64,000 nucleotides of DNA, from sequence record LR597658; one strand, 5' to 3'. Numbering within the stretch: position 1 is the stretch's first letter; the number at the start of each line of letters is the position of its first letter. Of this stretch, positions 62,362-64,000 are shown piece after piece. The translations under genes were made by a program, and so were the position numbers. Origin of the DNA: Escherichia phage VpaE1_ev108. The notes beneath the pieces were generated by a model. The model saw nothing but the letters and a program-made list of their open reading frames with translations, did no database searches and was not told the DNA's origin.

Positions 62362-62552
62362 TACTCAATGTCAATAAGTTCTTGTGCAATGCTTTTAAGG
62401 TTACCTTTCAAGAAAACCTTCTCAGAACCTGAAAGAGATGAATTGTCAATTAACCTGTTCATTCTCTCAAACAACTTCTGCTTACGATTTTTGATAGTCT
62501 CCTTTGAAGCACCTTTCATCATTGCTGCATGGGTTCTTCCACGATGGCTCAT
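62343..62552 (-). CDS. hypothetical small basic protein
   Basis: 69 aa ORF. Confidence 0.4.
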   Translation of the reverse strand: MSHRGRTHAAMMKGASKETIKNRKQKLFERMNRLIDNSSLSGSEKVFLKGNLKSIAQELIDIEYWRHQK

Positions 62553-62603
62553 AATCCCTCCTATACAAGATGTAGTATAAGGTACTCTTCCCTGAGCACC
62601 TTG

Positions 62604-63119
62604 TCAACTTAGTTTTGCAAACTCTCCGTGGAGTTTAATAGCAGCTTCACAGTAAGCTTTATGGGCTTCTTCTTCTGTTGTGTATGTTCCTATATGTATG
62701 GTCTTGCCATTATGGTTAATCTGGGCTATCCACTTACCAGACTTGCTTCTACTTGTGCCTTTTAAGTTTTTTGATGTTCTAGGTTGTCTCCTATTAGACA
62801 TGTTCTGCTCTTTTGTGGCCTCTCTTAGATTGTCCCAAGCGTTATTCAAACCATCTCCATCTTTGTGGTCAATGTGTTTATCAGGCCACTTACCTGTCAT
62901 CCAGAACCAAGCAATTCGGTGATTGCCTGTCCTGTATCCTAAAATCTGTGTGTGCATATACACACCAGACCTTGTGCGCTTAATTGCTCCGGCTTGGCTT
63001 CCAATAACCACCCTACTACTATGTGGAGGTCTGCCAATCCATGTTAAGACCCCTGTTTCGGGGTCATAATCTAACCAAGACTTTAACTGTTCATGTGTGA
63101 ATCCACAATCTCTCATCAA
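62604..63119 (-). CDS. HNH homing endonuclease with C-terminal AP2-like DNA-binding domain
   Basis: HNH motif HIDHKDGDGLNNAWDNLR; AP2-like GKWIAQINHNGKTIHIGTYTTEEEAHKAY; start overlaps DNA polymerase stop (ATGA). Confidence 0.75.
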   Translation of the reverse strand: MMRDCGFTHEQLKSWLDYDPETGVLTWIGRPPHSSRVVIGSQAGAIKRTRSGVYMHTQILGYRTGNHRIAWFWMTGKWPDKHIDHKDGDGLNNAWDNLREATKEQNMSNRRQPRTSKNLKGTSRSKSGKWIAQINHNGKTIHIGTYTTEEEAHKAYCEAAIKLHGEFAKLS

Positions 63120-64000
63120 TGCACCTCATACCAGCTCTTACCAACCTTACCTGTGCCAGTTACAAGCGTCTCACTCTTCAAACCTAAATTCTTAGATGCC
63201 TGACCATACATCCAGTCAGTTATGGCTTTAACTTCTTGAGTCATACTTTCTGGGCATTCCCAACTGTTTTCATCGTGGTATGCCAGCAAAAGCCTAGCAC
63301 CGATTGCTGGTTTTCGTCCATTTAATTTTGTCAACCCTTCTTCACATGCTCTTCTACAAGCAAGGTTAATTGCCTCATTTTGAATCTGAGCCTCCGAACC
63401 CATAAGCAAATAATTCAATAACTTATGTGGAGATTTACACCACAACCAAGCTCCAGCAACCTTTACGAAGCCCCCTTTAGAGATTGCAGCGGTCTTACCA
63501 AACACCTCTTCAAGTGCCTTTTTAGTTGCTTTGTAGTCAGCTTCCAAGTCATCTAGCAGCTTCTTAATTTTAGGCAAACGAATAAAGTAAGTCTGTTTAG
63601 TCAGTGCACCTTCCTGAGTAGTTGCAGCTTTAATCGTCTTAGCAAACTTCTCATCACCTGCACCGAACAGCAGTGCATAGATACCATTCTTAGCTTTCTT
63701 ACGGCCTTTGCTAATCTCATGGAGAAGGTTCTCATCCTGAGTAGCTCGACAAGTCAAGATATCCTGCTCATCATTCAAGCTAAAGTAAATACTGTTCAAT
63801 GTATGTGCATCAGTCCCTGAATAGACAACGTACAGGTCATTCTCAGAGTCATAGCGAAGGTACTTATCAATCTCTGGGTTCAGGTACTCATCAAAATGTT
63901 TGCAGTAATAGCGTCCATCTTCTTGACGAATGAACTCAATTTCTTCTTTACCTTGCGTTACCGCTTTGGTGAAGTCTTTATCACCCATAAAGTTACAAAG
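63116..64000 (-). CDS. family-A DNA polymerase, C-terminal part (gene continues beyond window end)
   Basis: palm motifs KNGIYALLFGAG (motif B-like) and LLAYHDE (motif C); ends ..GKSWYEVH; upstream portion lies beyond 64000. Confidence 0.7.
   Translation of the reverse strand, partial: LCNFMGDKDFTKAVTQGKEEIEFIRQEDGRYYCKHFDEYLNPEIDKYLRYDSENDLYVVYSGTDAHTLNSIYFSLNDEQDILTCRATQDENLLHEISKGRKKAKNGIYALLFGAGDEKFAKTIKAATTQEGALTKQTYFIRLPKIKKLLDDLEADYKATKKALEEVFGKTAAISKGGFVKVAGAWLWCKSPHKLLNYLLMGSEAQIQNEAINLACRRACEEGLTKLNGRKPAIGARLLLAYHDENSWECPESMTQEVKAITDWMYGQASKNLGLKSETLVTGTGKVGKSWYEVH

Noticed and set aside
63116-63988. Intein or split DNA polymerase caused by the HNH endonuclease
   Set aside because: The polymerase ORF reaches a natural C-terminus and the HNH gene is a separate downstream ORF with its own start.

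Overview
This window reads as about 64 kb of a lytic, low-GC tailed-phage genome with a contractile-tail gene set. By gene content it resembles a Felix-O1 / T-even-style myovirus; that attribution is inference from memory, not a database result. All calls are manual: no tRNA scanner, HMM search or folding program was run, and tRNA and repeat coordinates are approximate to a few nt.

The window holds four transcription blocks:
- 1-14.7 kb (+): early genes, with an rIIA-like GHKL protein, a Poa1p-type macro-domain protein, and 16 small ORFs that almost all sit behind one of two reiterated hairpin-plus-leader cassettes.
- 16.3-23.7 kb (-): unknown-function genes plus a T4-type lysozyme.
- 24.0-54.9 kb (+): a Ro60-like vWA protein, an island of at least 27 tRNA genes, then terminase, portal, protease, capsid, sheath, tube, tape measure, baseplate and His-rich tail fibres.
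- 55.0-64.0 kb (-): thyA, DHFR, an ATP-dependent ligase, an HNH-AP2 endonuclease and the C-terminus of a family-A DNA polymerase.

The strongest candidate for an undescribed system is the Ro60-like protein sitting directly upstream of the tRNA island, which contains four conserved bulged-stem non-tRNA elements showing compensatory base changes; one carries a tRNA-like T-arm. This looks like a phage Ro / Y-RNA-like module but is unproven. Other points worth a second look are a 1.6 kb ORF-free, motif-dense region where the first two blocks converge, and two ~250 bp direct repeats bracketing a two-gene cassette.
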